A stretch of DNA of 64,000 bases. Origin: Octopus bimaculoides. Its lineage: Eukaryota. The stretch lies in contig NC_068989.1 of the NCBI RefSeq assembly GCF_001194135.2, positions 96,488,991 to 96,552,990 of the forward strand, in the 5' to 3' direction. The translations under genes were made by a program, and so were the position numbers. Numbering within the stretch: the first letter of the stretch is position 1; each line of letters begins with the position of its first letter. The notes beneath the pieces were generated by a model. The model was not told where the DNA came from. It saw only the letters and a list, made by a program, of their open reading frames with translations, and ran no database searches. Shown here in pieces: positions 61,588-64,000 of this stretch.

Positions 61588-61914
61588 CTGCAGTTCAATA
61601 AAGAAAATATGATTGACAACATCGTTGTTTACTTTATTTTACAGTAAGTTTTTGAAAATCTTCATGTTTTGTTTGGCTAATTTTTTATATTTTATTTAGA
61701 AAATAAAGTTATAGCACAGCATTTTGGTTTCTTTGTTAACAGAAAAATAAATTTTTTTAGGAAAGGAAGGGAAAAAAGGGGTCTTAATCAATTGAATTAA
61801 CTGATTTATTATTGGTAGTTCAATATTGACATGTGGTAAAACCAGTTTCTTTTGGAAGCCTCAAGCCAATTCCCTTTTGTATCCCTCAAACAAGTTCATT
61901 TCAGCATCTGATAG

Positions 61915-62130
61915 AATCATCATTTAACATCCACTCTTTTATGCTTTCACTAGTGAGATAGAGTTTATTGAGGTAGATTTTCTGTGTCCAGATGCCCTTT
62001 GTGTCACTAACCCTTACCTGTTTTCAAGCAAAAATTCCCCCATGGCTAAATGTATTTTCATAGAATATTGGTAATGAATGATATTGCTTATATGTTGGTG
62101 GGTTTCACTTGCAACTATGGGAGGATCTCA
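61915..62130 (-). mobile_element. SINE with RTE-type tail, degenerate; further SINE pieces at 62150-62240 (-) and 62325-62460 (+)
   Basis: ATCATCATTTAACATCCACTCTTTTATGC...GATGCCCTTTGTGTCACTAACCCTTACCTGTTTTCAAGC...CCCATGGCTAAATG. Confidence 0.65.
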
Positions 62131-63141
62131 CAACAGCGAGATACAAATAAACACACACCCAAAGTGCTGCACAGTGGGACTGAACTCAAAACCATGTGGT
62201 TGCAAAACAAGCAGTTTGACCGCACATCCATGTTTGCAGCCACTGTCTTTTTGATCATCTTTTATTTGTTTTATTTTTATTTTTTTATATGCAAAATATT
62301 AAAAACATTGGTTATCTTGTCTTGAACGCTTCAGAGGTCCAGGTTTTGGTCTCATTGCTTAGCATCTTGGACAAATGTCTCCAGTCTCTATAGCTTCAGG
62401 TCAAAGCTGACCTTGGGAGTGAAACTGGGTTGACAGGAGCTTTACATAAACCTGTTGGATAAATGATAATTCGAAAGCACAGTCGTGTCATACACACCAA
62501 GGATTATATCAAGGATTAATCAAGTCTGTAGAATGTTCAGTTAATTGCTCATTTATTTAATGATCAATTGATGAAAGAATTGAATTTTCATTGTTGAAAC
62601 CAACAGAGAACCATCCTTCCATAAAAATATATAAATGAGGTGCCCAAGGATACACGGTCTCTTCAACCTGCCTTCTCTACTACTGCTGCTGCTACTACTA
62701 CTACAATGACTTTACAAATAATATAGAATCTATCTACTGTACGTATATCACCTCCTATATTTTTTCTATGGCTATAACAGTAAAATTGAGAATGCATCAT
62801 TCAAAAGAACTTGCAGGACAAAATCTCACAAAATTTAGTAAATAGTCAAATATTTCAATGCTCTCTGTTCAACCTGAATTTCTACAAAGCTCACTGGAAT
62901 TCAGTGAAGACAGAGATCTGCAAATTGAACTGACTCCAAATTCTCTCTATGGCCAGATATTGACAGGAAACTGAAGAAATTTAAGAAATTTATGCCAACA
63001 ATTCCAGTATTATGCATTAAGTGTCACCCAGAGATGCAGACCAGAGTTCATAAAAATACTATCTTCTGGGACGGAAAATGTTCGTGAAATAAAGAACAAA
63101 GGTTTCAAATCGATTAAATGAACAAATAAATTATCTACTGG

Positions 63142-63143
<2 letters not shown>

Positions 63144-63230
<87 letters not shown>
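63144..63230. repeat. (AAT)n microsatellite
   Basis: Direct inspection; one of many (AT)n, (GT)n, (CT)n, (ATT)n, (CAT)n and (AGAT)n tracts in the window. Confidence 0.95.
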
Positions 63231-63233
<3 letters not shown>

Positions 63234-63482
63234 GAACAAATTAAGAATACCTTTCATGGAGTTTGGAAATTGAATGCTGCCATGAAGAAGAAAAAGCTGT
63301 AAAGAATATGAAGGAATTTAGCACAAGAAAAAAGGTTGCAATAGTATTGATGGTATTACTCCAGTACCATAAAAAAAAAGGGTATAATGTATAGGAATGA
63401 GTACATTTAGTGACACAGTGTTCTTTTCAATGAGAATACTCAGAGTGTGGGAAAATGTATAAATTTCTATTCTCTAAGAAAG

Positions 63483-63660
63483 AAGCCTCTGTATAGTGTC
63501 TTGGCCTGCTAGAAATAACAGCCAATTCTCATCTTTGGGGAAAGAAGGATTCATTGGATACTGTAGTTATGTACACCTAAAAGATAAAATGGTCATGGCT
63601 GGAATGTCTTCAGTCATAAAGTCTGCTCAACCAGGTACAGGCTAGGCTGGGGTTAAACAA
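63483..63660 (+). repeat. Unclassified interspersed repeat
   Basis: CCTGCTAGAAATAACAGCCAA...CATTGGATACTGTAGT...ATGGTCATGGCTGGAATG; related pieces near 40640-40745 (-), 51520-51640 and 60020-60120. Confidence 0.5.
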
Positions 63661-63767
63661 CAAAACATCCCTTTAATTTGAGCCAATGAAGGAACTTTTA
63701 TGTGGTCACTTACTTTGCTAAAAGCAGCAGCCAAATCTCCATTTAAATTTTAGATTATGAAGTCTTA

Positions 63768-64000
63768 TCATCATCATCATCATCGTTTAACGTCCGCTTT
63801 CCATGCTAGCATGGGTTGGACGATTTGACTGAGGACTGGTGAAACCGGATGGCAACACCAGGCTCCAGTCTGATTTGGCAGAGTTTCTACAGCTGGATGC
63901 CCTTCCTAACGCCAACCACTCAGAGAGTGTAGTGGGTGCTTTTACGTGTCACCCGCACGAAAACGGCCACGCTCGAAATGGTGTCTTTTATGTGCCACCC
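63768..64000 (-). mobile_element. Young RTE 3' UTR running off the window end
   Basis: (CAT)n tail, retained CpGs, start of the tandem hairpin units at about 63925. Confidence 0.92.

Overview
AT-rich animal nuclear DNA, saturated with microsatellites and interrupted by six scaffold gaps (6547-6556, 22595-22905, 43798-43807, 45338-46290, 50684-50701, 57350-57777). The repeat families look like those of octopus (my inference from recalled sequence, not a database result). No intact protein-coding gene, tRNA or rRNA can be supported, so the window reads as a long intron or an intergenic region. Nearly all long ORFs in the track are microsatellite read-throughs, N-gap artefacts or transposon remnants. 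Supportable content: fragments of RTE-clade LINEs, R4/Dong-type LINEs with a restriction-like endonuclease, a Penelope-like element, a mariner and a Tc1/mariner-type transposase, and several tRNA/CORE-type SINE families. Best leads: (1) a hammerhead-ribozyme fold at 60529-60579 with a non-canonical core (G3:C8 swap, extra nucleotide after A9, palindromic stem III) inside a fold-back repeat; (2) a candidate recursive splice site (polypyrimidine-CAG|GTAAGT) at 662-693; (3) nested R4/Dong insertions into (TAA)n arrays, with a conserved 3' UTR hairpin; (4) a tandem double-hairpin array in the RTE 3' UTR; (5) a few weak candidate small exons of an unidentified host gene. Repeat boundaries are read by eye and are approximate.
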